Made by a program: the position numbers and the translations under genes. Shown here piece by piece: positions 39,621 to 51,052 of a stretch of 64,000 nucleotides of DNA. Below the pieces are notes generated by a model, which made no database searches, had not been told where the DNA came from, and saw only the letters and a program-made list of their open reading frames with translations. The stretch comes from Octopus sinensis (taxonomy: Eukaryota): assembly GCF_006345805.1 (NCBI RefSeq), contig NC_042998.1, positions 105,834,001 through 105,898,000 on the forward strand, in the 5' to 3' direction. Positions within the stretch are counted from its first letter, which is position 1, and each line of letters begins with the position of its first letter.

Positions 39621-40810
39621 CACTCCAGTAAATACCTATTTCTTTACTGCCCACAAGGGGCTACACACAGAGGGGACAAACAAGGACAGACAAATGGATT
39701 AAGTCGATTATATCGACCCCAGTGGGTAGCTGGTACTTAACTTATCGACCACGAAAGGATGAAAGGCAAAGTCGACCTCGGCAGAATTTGAACTCAGAAC
39801 GTAACGGCAGACGAAATATGGCTATGCATTTTGCCCGGCATGCTAACGTTTCTGCTAGCTCGCCGCCTTCCCAAGTAAATACCATCCCAAGAAAGAGGCC
39901 ATCACTTTTCCCCTTAAACCCCAGAAACATCACTGACAATGGATCCCAGCATATCATCAAACTAAACTGTATCCCTCTCTCTGTTTATCTATCTATCTAT
40001 CTGTCTGTCTGTCTGTCTGTCACTCCCCCTCTCTCTCCCTCTCTCTCTCTCTCTCTCCCTCATATATATGTATTTATATATTTATAAATGTTAAAATAGA
40101 ACTAATTGTGAGGAATTATCAATCTGGTCAAAATACTTCATAAACTCTTTGTTTCTTATATATATATGTATGTACGTATGTATGCATGTATGTATGTATG
40201 CATGTGTGCATGTGAGTGTGTGTGTATGTGTGTGTGTATTGATTTTGTTTGGTAATGTAGAAAATCTGTATATTTCAGGGAATGTGGTGTTAATAGTATC
40301 ACCAATAACTAATAGCAACATGTACTTGCAATAAGAAAAAATATGACAATCATGGGTGCACTCAATCAAGGAAAACCTAGGGTTAAACAACAGCAGTAAC
40401 AATGAGCATGTGTGGGAATCACTATCACTAAAACTGCTAGAAGCAGCAGCCAAGCCTCCATCAAATCACACCTTCCTATCTTAAAATAAAATTAAGACTC
40501 ATTGGTTAAAATAGTCTGTACTGTCTAAAGAGACAGTATAGTTATGCTTTTGATCCTAGCTCCACTCAGTTAGGGTTGACCTGGGGCTAAGGAATAACAA
40601 CAACAATGAAGCAACCATTGCAGCAGTGTTAGCAACACAGGCTGGCAGCAGTGTTAGAAATGTAAACTGACAGCAGTGTTAGCAACACAGGCTGGTGGCA
40701 GCATTAGTGACATAGGCTGGCTGTAGTTTATTAATCAACAATGGCAACAACAGTGATAATCTTTATCATAAAGCAACAGCAAATACGACAGCAGTATTAG
40801 CAACTCTATT

Positions 40811-40971
40811 AAACTCTATTAAATATTTAAATTAAATTAAACTCTATTAAATATTATCTGTTATATTTAATAGTTAAAATATATTTGTGTGAATAAAATC
40901 GTTTTTCTTTGGAATAGAAAAAAGTTTATCTTTATTTCTTCTTTTGCTGGCGTCTCAAATTTAGGCTAAAT
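40811..40971 (+). repeat. ~160-bp duplicate of 37354-37514
   Basis: One substitution seen between the copies. Confidence 0.85.
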
Positions 40972-41896
40972 ACTTGGTAAATGCATCAGTTGCATTCAGC
41001 TTAAAAAGTACAGAAACAATAGCTGTAGCAGGAGAATCAACAGTAATAGTGGCAATGTTGGCACATATACACAACAGAACACTAGTTAGAGAAACATTAG
41101 CAACAGTAACAATTACTTTCAGATAAAAGATACAGTAGTTACATCCGACGGTAAAAGTAGTGACAGCAGTTATATTCTTTTCTATTCTAAGCACAAGGCC
41201 CGAAATTTTGTGGGGTGGGTTGGGGGGGGGAGTGGGCCAGTCGATTAGATTGACCTCAGGACACAACTGGTACTTAATTTATCGATCCCAGAAGGATGAA
41301 AGGCAAAATTAACCTCAGCAGAATTTGAACTTAGAATGTAAAGACAGACGAAATACCTATTTCTTTACTACCCACAAGGGGTTAAACACAGAGAGTACAA
41401 ATAAGGACAGACAAACGGTTTAAGTCGATTATAGCGACCCCAGTGCGTAACTGGTACTTATTTAATCGACCCCAAAAGGATGAAAGGCAAAGTCGACCTT
41501 GCCGGAATTCGAACTCAGAACGTAAAGACAGATGAAATACCACTAAGCATTTTGCCTGGTATGCTAACGATTCTGCCAGCTCACTGCCTTAGTCAGACAA
41601 AATACCGCTAAGCATTTTGCCTGGTGTGCTAATGTTTCCGCCAGCTCACCACCTTAACAACAGCAGTAATATTAGCAAATCACAGTAGTAAACTAGTAAT
41701 AGCAACATCAACATATTGCTGTAACAACAATTTACATTAACAACATTGAACAGCAAGAACAGAATCAACAGTAAAATTGGCAATGTTAGCACATATACAC
41801 AACAACAGTAACACTTGTTAGAAGACCATTAGCAACCATAGCAATTGCTTTTAGATAAAAGATACAGTAATAACATCTGACAGCAAATGTAGCAAC

Positions 41897-42415
41897 AGCA
41901 GCAATATTAGCAACACACAGCAGTAAACTAGTAATAGCAACATCAACAACTGCTGCAATTGTATATGACTAAAATATACATTAGCAACATTGAACAGCAA
42001 GAAATCAAATCAACAGTAACAGCAGTAATATTAGCAACTCACAGCAGTAAACTAGTAATAGCAACATCAACAACTGCTGCAATTGTATATGACTAAAATA
42101 TACATTAGCAACATGGAACAGCAAGAAATCAAATCAACAGTAACAGCAGTAATATTAGCAACACACAGCAGTAAACTAGTAATAGCAACATCAACAACTG
42201 CTGCTATTGTATATGACTAAAATATACATTAGCAACATTGAACAGCAAGAAATCAAATCAACAGTAACAGCAGTAATATTAGCAACACACAGCAGTAAAC
42301 TAGTAATAGCAACATCAACAACTGCTGCAATTGTATATGACTAAAATATACATTAGCAACATTAAACAACAAGAAATCAAATCAACAGCAACAACAGTAA
42401 TATTAGCAACACACA
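41897..42415 (+). repeat. 124-bp tandem repeat, about 4.2 near-identical units
   Basis: Marker cagtaaacta at 41921, 42045, 42169 and 42293 (period 124); diverged relatives at about 41030-41170 and 41660-41895. Confidence 0.9.
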
Positions 42416-42946
42416 ATAGCAACATCACTAATAATAGCAGCAGTTGTTACTGCCAAAGTGTTTATTAGCAACATACAGCAATAGCAACATAAAGAAAAAT
42501 ATCATTATCATTAACGTTTACATCAACAATAGCAGCAATAGCCATAATATTAATGTAAATAAAAGCAGCAGCAGCAATATTAATAATGACAACTACAAAA
42601 TGAACAGCTGGGATAATGAAACAGCAGCAACAGTAGTTGTATAAGCATCAATATCATCATCAGCATCATCAACAGCAACAACATAAGTAATACAAGCATC
42701 GTCATCATCGTCATCACCACCACCGCCACCACAGTGATGATCATCATTATTATCATCATCATCATCAACAGTGGCAAGTATAAAGACAGCAGGTGCAGAA
42801 ACATTCTGTTCGTGAAAAGTAGCAGAACAGAGAAGACAGAGAGGAAAGAAATATGTAAATAAATAAAGTTGTACTCAGCAGAAAACATTTCTTAGGCTTG
42901 ATAATAACATACCCAAAATAACATTATATATATAAACATATATATA

Positions 42947-42999
<53 letters not shown>

Positions 43000-43127
43000 G
43001 TATATATATATATATATATATGTATACACACACATATAAGCACACAAATATACAAACATGCACATATATATATGCATGTATATATATATATATATGCATG
43101 TATATATATATATATATATGCATGTAT

Positions 43128-43163
<36 letters not shown>

Positions 43164-43214
43164 GGTATATATATATATCTATAATATGTATGTATGTATG
43201 CATGTATGTATGTA

Positions 43215-43249
<35 letters not shown>

Positions 43250-44028
43250 GTATATTCAACAGATTTCAGTCATTGGGTTGAAATAAAAGGGTGTTTTACA
43301 AATTACTGAGTGGTTGAATGAGGGAGTGGTGGGGGTGGTGGCGGGGGAGGCCACCCTCCAACCACCATCTCCACCACCCCACCTCTACCACTCCCTTCAC
43401 ACGGACACACATACCTGATTGTGTGTCATGTTGCAAAAAAGAATGGTGAAAGAAGGGGAGGGAGGGATTGGCACCAGCGCAGAATATGTGTAGTGTGATG
43501 TAATGTGGTGTGGGGGGGAGGAGGAATGGGGTGTGATTGAGGTGAGGTAGGGTGGCATTGCAGGAGAAAAAGGAAAAGAAGGAGGAGTAGGAGAGAGGGT
43601 AGGAAGATGGTTTCGTAGTTTTCACTTGCTACTCTGCATACTGGGAAGCAGGAGGAAAGAATGAAACGAAGCTTCCTGTGATGGAAACTGGGATAGGAAC
43701 ATCGTGACCTAGACAGTAGCCAATAGAAGGTGGAGTGTGGTGACGGGTGGTGAATGGAATGGGAAGAAAGCAAAGTAACTGGGTAAGAGGTAGCAGTTCA
43801 GAAGTTCTCTTCGTATGTGAGACACATACATACTTACGGGTATATATATTTAGCGATAAACACAAACACATATAGATGTGTATGTATATATGTGTGTGTG
43901 TGTGTATTGAGTGAGACAGAGAAATAGATAAATAGATAGACAGACAAAAGTATACACCCAAATATATTCAAACATGCACATATAATACATGTGTTTATGT
44001 GTATATATGCATTTGTGTATGTATATGT

Positions 44029-45221
44029 ATGTTGAGTCAAAAGTTATTTTCTTATTCCAAACTTTAATTAATAATTCAAACTAATTACATAAGAAAAGTG
44101 TTTATTCATCAAAATATGTCCCATAATATTCTATTATTTGTCGCCCTTGTACCAAAAGATCAATTCCACATTAATATTATTTGGCTGGTTTTGAGGCAAA
44201 ATCTCACTGCACCTATATTAAACCTCATCCACATTGTTCCACTTCTGCCATGCAGCCATGGCTTAGGAAAGGTAGTAATCTGATAGTGCAATGTCTGGAT
44301 TCTAGGCAAGGTTAGGCAGCACTTCTAGCCCCTCAAGTTTCTCAAGTATGTGTCAGATCACATTGACAGAGTGTACTGGGGCATCGTCATGCTGTAGGAG
44401 TGCATATTTTTGATGGACCAATGTTGGGCAGTGGGCTTTCAAAACATTGTATATTCTCTGAAGTTGGTGAACATAAAGATTAGCATTTACAGTATGACCA
44501 TCTGAGACACGATCAAAGTGCAACACCCCCTCAAAATTCCAACATTCCAAATATACATGACCTGTTCAAACGGCCCATGTTTGACAGTAGATTCTGAAGC
44601 CTGTCCAGAACAAAACCACTGGTTTCTCTCATTAGGATTATGAAATTAGATCTATTTTTCATCTCCAGATACAATTCAATGCCAAAAACAGGCATCTTGA
44701 GGATTTGCCTGCAGTTGTTTGCAAATGTTTACATCATTGAGCCTGGTCATTGATCAGTTTACGAGACGCTTCTCATCATCTGTTCACAAGGCCAAGGTTA
44801 TGGAAGCATTCATTGTTGAGGATTTGTGAAGGACCAAGTTCTGCTAGCAATGTATGAGTGCTTGTGCTTGTTGTTCAACCAATTCAAGCATCTTCCACAA
44901 CAAAAGGTTTCCCTGACCATGGCTTGTCTTCAAGGCTGATGTCACCTTCTTTAAAATGTCTGAACCAGTTTTGTGCTGCACATTTATTACCAGTTCCTGA
45001 GCCTTGTACATCATTAATTTTTTTCTTTTGCTTTTTCACTTGCACTCAGTTCTTTTTTTGTTTTTTTACCTTAATAGCATATCATGGTTATAATTTTCTT
45101 CACCTGAATAAACAACTCAGCAATGATTCGACATGTTGTAGTAAATAAATGATACAACATGGAGATACAAGTTGCCAAAAATCGTCAGTGAAAATTTGCA
45201 AACACCTTTGATTCAACCTGA
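44029..45221 (-). mobile_element. Mariner (DD34D-type) transposon, near full length, decayed
   Basis: WF.HFKEGDISLEDKP.SG.P, TVNANLY..QL, LLQHDDAP.H and SDYYL motifs; degenerate TIRs gttgagtcaaaagt / gttgaatcaaaggt similar to mariner ends. Confidence 0.8.
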
Positions 45222-45639
45222 TATGTATGAATATAAGTGCAATGAATAGCTGACTGGACCCAAACTCATGCATTGTAGTTGGACCAAATTTTGGGTTTGG
45301 TCCTACTACAATGCGCATTCAGCAAGTGTCTTCTATTATAGCCCTGGGTCAACCAAAGCCTTGTGAATGGATTTGATCGATAGGAACTGAAAGCAGCTCA
45401 TTGTATGTGTGTGTTTGTGTATGTTAGTGCATTTCCTGGTGTTCACATCACATGATAGTTGTGACATAAATGTGCACTCTTTACAGTAAATTACCGCATG
45501 TCACAGTGCACAGTATGATCCTCCAGAATGTGGAAGTTAGAAGAGTTTTATCCTGGAGTTCTTGCACTGTAAATAACTCTTAGTCCTCTGACGAACTACC
45601 TTTGTGTTATAGCATATTATAGCATTAATTCAACACTCA

Positions 45640-45865
45640 GGCCTGATACATGTGTGGTTACTCAACCAGCCAGAATTAGAAGGTATATCACCCTCAAATT
45701 ACATCCTACAGTCTTAAGAAAAGAAAGGAAACATTGTCATGAAGTTCTAGAAATACCACATCTGAAAAAACAGGCAAGGTAGTCATGGATAGGATGTGCT
45801 TGATCATACATCTGTTCTCTCAAGGCTGACTTTGGGCAAAGAGCAGCAACAGCAGCAGCAGCAGC
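45640..45865 (+). mobile_element. Retroposon 3' module with (AAC/CAG)n tail; copies at about 7940, 9160, 9790, 11830, 25620, 40440
   Basis: Recurrent ttacttgacc..ctagaaat.gcagc..atcaca.cct..tcttaaaa..ggctgacc.ggggctaaacaac. Confidence 0.55.
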
Positions 45866-46158
45866 AATAAAATAAGAAAAATATATAGATATATAAAATA
45901 TATAAAAATATATAAAATATATAAAAATGTATAAAAACACCTCCATTTTGCTTAAGGGCAAACCATGGTTTCAAGCTTAAGTCAGGAAAAAAATAAATCA
46001 CCCTTGAAAATTTTGTTTTGATTACTTCTCTTTTCTCGGTTCATTGCAGCAAACCAAGACACAGAGCTCAGAGCAACCTGAACAGATACAAACTCAGTAT
46101 ACTATCAATATCCTCCTCCTCATCATCATCATCATCATCACTACCATCATCAATTTAC

Positions 46159-46221
46159 ATTGATTTCTTTTTCAAGATTAGATGGGTTCGACAGGTCTTC
46201 TCCAGCATGACATTTTTCCAT
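46159..46221 (-). CDS. Candidate first coding exon of an uncharacterised minus-strand gene (MEKCHAGEDLSNPSNLEKEIN)
   Basis: Acceptor ttttctacaccag at 46257, upstream in-frame TAA, ATG at 46221 and donor AAT|gtaaat. The phase-0 end fits exon 36850. An alternative reading (whole exon 46159-46256 in another frame) is not excluded. Confidence 0.4.
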
Positions 46222-47041
46222 TTCAAATTAGAATCCCAAGGAAGATTCAAATTGCACTGGTGTAGAAAATTTAGGTACATCACTCATAAATCTTACAAAG
46301 AATAATACATAATCCAAATAAGATGATAAAGAAAGAATTTATCACATGTTCATTACTTGTTATACATGTGGTTGTGAAGCAAACTTCTTGAGAACACAAT
46401 CATACCAGCACCATGCGACAACTACTTATTTTTATGCCTTCTGTTACTGTTACTAAATGTTCAGATAATTTGGTTTTGTTTAAGCAGTTCCAAGGTATAA
46501 CAATAGTTAGTTATATAACCAATATTTTAGCTAATGAGATAGTTACAAACGTTATATAGCCAGTCATATTTACAACAAAATAGATGGAATCACAGTTCAT
46601 AGCATAGCCTTTGGAACAAATTTTAATTCAATCATCTTATAGGAAACTGACCGAAACTAAAAATTTCCAGCCACTGACTGCTCTCTGCTTTGGCTATGAA
46701 CCATTTTAATTAAAAATATACAACAAATGATATGACAAGATGTCAGATGGAACATTCATTTCTGATTGGTCAGTACATAAATTGTGCTGGCATGATGTTT
46801 GATGTAGCCACTAATATATTGACATAGATAGTGATGATATAAAGGAACAAATCAGTAGAGTAGTTAGAGCAGAGGATAGAATAATTTGTAGGATTCTTTC
46901 TAACTCCCTGTTCACTGAGTTCAAATCCTACAAAGATCAGCTTATCTTTTTATTCCTTTGGAGTCAATAAACAAAGCAACAGTCCTGAAGAACTGGGATC
47001 AGCTCTTCATATTTTCTCTTTTTCTTTCTGGAAAGAATCAG

Positions 47042-47161
47042 GTGTGTTTAGACTTGGAGTGGAAGGAACTCTGCTAGATTTAGCTCCTAAGGAATTGTAT
47101 GCCACTAGACTTGGTCCAGGGTTGCTAGTTCCAAGCAATCTGAATTTTTATGTCCTTACAA
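47042..47161 (+). CDS. Candidate plus-strand exon (G-VFRLGVEGTLLDLAPKELYATRLGPGLLVPSNLNFYVLT)
   Basis: Polypyrimidine tract then cag|, donor CAA|gtataa; 120 nt, symmetric phase 1, coding-like codon bias, non-repetitive; no partner exon established. Confidence 0.3.
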
Positions 47162-47522
47162 GTATAATTTTTTTAGCTTTTCACAAGGAAAACTCTGTAT
47201 TAAATATTTATTACAATATACAAGCTAAGGAAGAGTTCAAACACAGCACGAGAATTTCATAAAACCAGTTATATTTAGTTACATGCGTGTGTGTGTGTGT
47301 GTATCAGTGTGTATACACATGCATACATACATACATACATACATACATACATACATACATACATACATACATACATACATACATGCATACATACATACAT
47401 GCATACATACATACATACATACATACATGTTGACTACATCCCAAAGATGGAACCTTGTATCTTTGTTGGAAACCGGCTCCCTCCTCAAGGGAAGATTTAT
47501 AATAATTAAAAAAATGGAAGAG

Positions 47523-47564
<42 letters not shown>

Positions 47565-47703
47565 CACACATATATATATATGAATAAACTAACTAGAAAT
47601 AAACTTAGAGTTTGAATGTTCAGATTTTTCATTCTCCTTATTATCAATCATCATCATCATCATCATCATCGTTTAACGTCCGCTTTATATATATATATAT
47701 ATA

Positions 47704-47935
47704 TATTGATAATAAGGAGAATGAAATATCTGAACATTCAAACTCTAAGTTTATTTCCAGTTAGTTTATTCATAAAAATTGTCTGACACGTTTCAATTGT
47801 ACTAATTGCATATTGTTGCATATTTATGCAATTTGTACGACTGAAACACGTGTCGGACAGTTATTATGAATAAGCTAACTGGAAATAAACGTAGAGCTTG
47901 AATGTTCAAATTCTTCATTCTCCTTATTTTCAATA
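47704..47935. mobile_element. Foldback/palindromic MITE-like element, plus a solo arm at 47581-47648
   Basis: Imperfect inverted arms of about 110 bp in TA-rich context. Confidence 0.75.
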
Positions 47936-48140
47936 TTGTACTTTACACTATAAGTAGCCAAGAAATAAATTGTAACTTCAAATGGGAGTTAAAGGAAGTT
48001 TACGATAAAATGCAGTCTGTAGAAACCAACCTTGGCATTTTACATAGAGAAATTCAGTATCTGGATATCATACCCATCCTCTTACTACAAATATATATAT
48101 GTGTGTGTGTGTGTGTATATGTATATATGTGTGTGTGTAT

Positions 48141-48199
<59 letters not shown>

Positions 48200-48309
48200 G
48201 CATATATGTGTATATATATATATATATATATAATATATATATATATAATATGTGTGTGTGTGTGTGTATGTGTGTGTATGTATATATAATAATAATAATA
48301 ATAATAATA

Positions 48310-48740
48310 GAACAAGCAGGGAAGGAAAAAATGTATGGTTAGTTTGCAAGAGATGTGAACACAAAGACAGATACAGAGGACCAGTGGCTATGGATGAGGA
48401 GGAGTGACCTGAAGATAGAGACAGAAGCACTCATACACAGCTCAAGAACAAGCATTAAGGGCCAACTGTATGAAGTGCAGAATAGACAACACTACCGACA
48501 GTGACAAATGCAGAATGTGTGGTGAGAGGGGTGAAACGGTATGGCACATCGTTTGCAAATGCCCAAAATTGGCAAACCACAAATACAAAAGATGCTATGA
48601 AAATATGGCAAGAATGATCCATTGGGAGCTCTGTGGAAATCACAGCCTACAAAGAGCAAGAATGTGGTATGATAAAACTTCACAAGGAGTCACTGAAAAT
48701 TAGAATTGCAAAATCCTGTGGGATGTAATGATCCAGTGCA
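48310..48740 (+). mobile_element. R4/Dong-like fragment (pre-knuckle and CCHC) directly after (TAA)n
   Basis: [54 protein letters not shown]. Confidence 0.8.
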
Positions 48741-48751
48741 ATCATCTTGAC

Positions 48752-50043
48752 CACTATGCACGTTTCCACAAATCACATCTTTTTTATGATCATAGTTCCT
48801 ATTCCTGGGATGATTACAATACAGTCTGTAGTATCCATAGACATTGGGTGGATCATGTTATCATATTCATGCATTCATTTCGTTGGGTGATATGGCATTA
48901 ACAGATGTATAACTGAGGGTTGTTTATCAATTTTGACCAATGAAAAGGTTGATTGGGGTATGTGGGCAGTTCTATGTATATTTAGTGGGGAGGTGTAGAA
49001 GGTCATGGAAAGAGAGAAAGGAATGGTAATTATATAGGAATTGGAGGTGTGTGCAGTGATGTTAGATTTATTTTGATGTTTGAGTTTGCAGATGTCAGGA
49101 GGGGTAGTATAGTTTATTGGTTTGACCTTTTACCACAGTTGTTACCCTCTTATTGAATTCAGATCCAGCAGGGTCAGCAAGTACAGCTATTCTGTTGGAG
49201 TTCATTGTCTCCTTTTAATTACTTTTAGTTCTGTAATGGTATAGCATATAGCATATGAAAACAATGGCTATTTTGTTTAGTTGTTAATATGTTCTTTTCT
49301 TGTTCCATTATATGCTAAAGGTGGCTAGTGTTTATCTGTTTCAAAATGTTCTTTTCAAATTCTAGGAATGATGCCTTGCTTTTTTGCTTACATGATATAA
49401 TTTCTTTGGAGTGTTTATTAATTATGTTTTCTCCGGATGGGATGATCTTCGGGGTTTCCTTCTTGGCATAAATTGCATCCTCACAATGTTCTATTATTTA
49501 GTGTAGCATTTATTTTTATTATAGACCAGTTGGTTGTATGCTCCACTTCATTCTGTTTGAGCCTCCAGATTAGGTTAAATAACGATGTGGAGTGTCTTTT
49601 GTTTACATTGGAAAATGACATAAGATGGTTGCACAGACAACTTCTCATCATGTCTCTGGTAACACCAATGTACACATATTTTTGTGAATTATCCCATCAA
49701 TCCTAACATTTGCATACTCAAATGCCAAAAAAAGTTTAACATCACCACACACACCTCCCTCTCCTTTATAATTACCATTCCTGTCTCTCTTTCCATTACC
49801 TTCTACTCCTTCCCACCAAGTACACAGAGAACTGCCCACACACCCCAATCTATGCTTTCATTGGTCAAATTGATAAACAACCTTCAGTTATACATTCATT
49901 GCTTCCAAATTTAATGACATATCACCTGAAGAAATGAACAGATGAATATGATCCATACATACTCTGGACTGTACTGTAATTATCCCAGTAATACAGACCA
50001 TGATCATAAAGAACATGTGATTTGTGGAAACATGCATAGTGAT
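48752..50043 (-). mobile_element. Penelope-like element fragment (GIY-YIG end) between ~345-bp inverted terminal copies
   Basis: YIGVT..H..SF....TSL..LIWRLK..WSII..CNLC on minus 49370-49690; 48752-49100 is an inverted copy of 49702-50041. Confidence 0.8.
49921..50043 (+). ncRNA. Decayed type I hammerhead with extended stem II in a Penelope terminal repeat
   Basis: aucac-CUGAAGA-(~95-nt hairpin)-GAAAC-augc-AUA|gugau; stem III damaged by CpG-type changes. Confidence 0.55.
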
Positions 50044-50291
50044 GCATTAGAATATTTATAAATTCCATCCATGGATTATTATTATCATTATCACTATATT
50101 CATCCTACATTACATTGGTACAGCTCATTAAAATGTTATTCCCAATTGGTATCATTAGGCTGTAGCTGGCATAATAAAATAGAAGGTTCTATGTGCATAT
50201 TTAAAACATTCTCATAAACAAACTTAAAGGATATATCTATCTATCTATCTATCTATCTACTTATATATATATATGTATGTATATATATATA

Positions 50292-50396
<105 letters not shown>

Positions 50397-50522
50397 CATT
50401 TACAAAAATAAGGGCAAAAGAAAAATTCTAATGCCAAATATGCCGAAAAAAAGACAAAAATTGTCAATAACCATTATAATTTATGTGTCTTGAAACAAGC
50501 CGATAGACATTTCTAAAAAATC

Positions 50523-50593
50523 CGTTATTACCGTATTGGTCCCAATTTCGGGGTTAATTCTTAAGAATTTTCTCCTCTTCAGCGATAAATACG
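50523..50593 (-). ncRNA. Type I hammerhead ribozyme, intact core
   Basis: uaucg-CUGAAGA-ggag.aa.aauuc(uuaa)gaauu.aa.cccc-GAAA-uugg(ga)ccaa-UA|cggua; all three stems pair. Confidence 0.8.
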
Positions 50594-51011
50594 TGAGATA
50601 TAAGTGAAATACTTATTCATACCCATGGAAAAAGCAAGTACTAAGTCTTGAGCAGACCTAAGTACCCCAAATATATCCAAAATAGAAAAAACTTCGGCAC
50701 ATCTCGAGACACGTGTGATTCAACTAGAAACTTTCACAGAGTGAGAGAATCCGGAAGTGAACACTATTCAATTATATATATATATATGAATACAATCAAT
50801 GCAAGACTAACATATTTAGTTTTTCACTGAACACTGGTATAAACCAGAGAACTAGGATGCAAACATCCCTTAAAGCATTATAGGTCCTTGGCATGATTAA
50901 ATTACACACACACACATATAGTAAATCCACAAAAGAACAAATACAAAAAAAAACAACATAAGAATGTGGTACATGTAAAATATTAGCAGATGCTCAGGGA
51001 AGAAAAGAAAG

Positions 51012-51052
51012 ATGGTTTAATGTTTCAAGCAGATGCTCTTCTTCGGAAACGG
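51012..51052 (-). ncRNA. Decayed hammerhead motif
   Basis: ccgaaga-a-gagc(aucu)gcuu-GAAAC; U4 mutated, stem III lost. Confidence 0.35.

Noticed and set aside
41897-42415. CRISPR-like or coding repeat
   Set aside because: Units are contiguous with no unique spacers, the 124-nt period is not a multiple of 3, and the context is eukaryotic.
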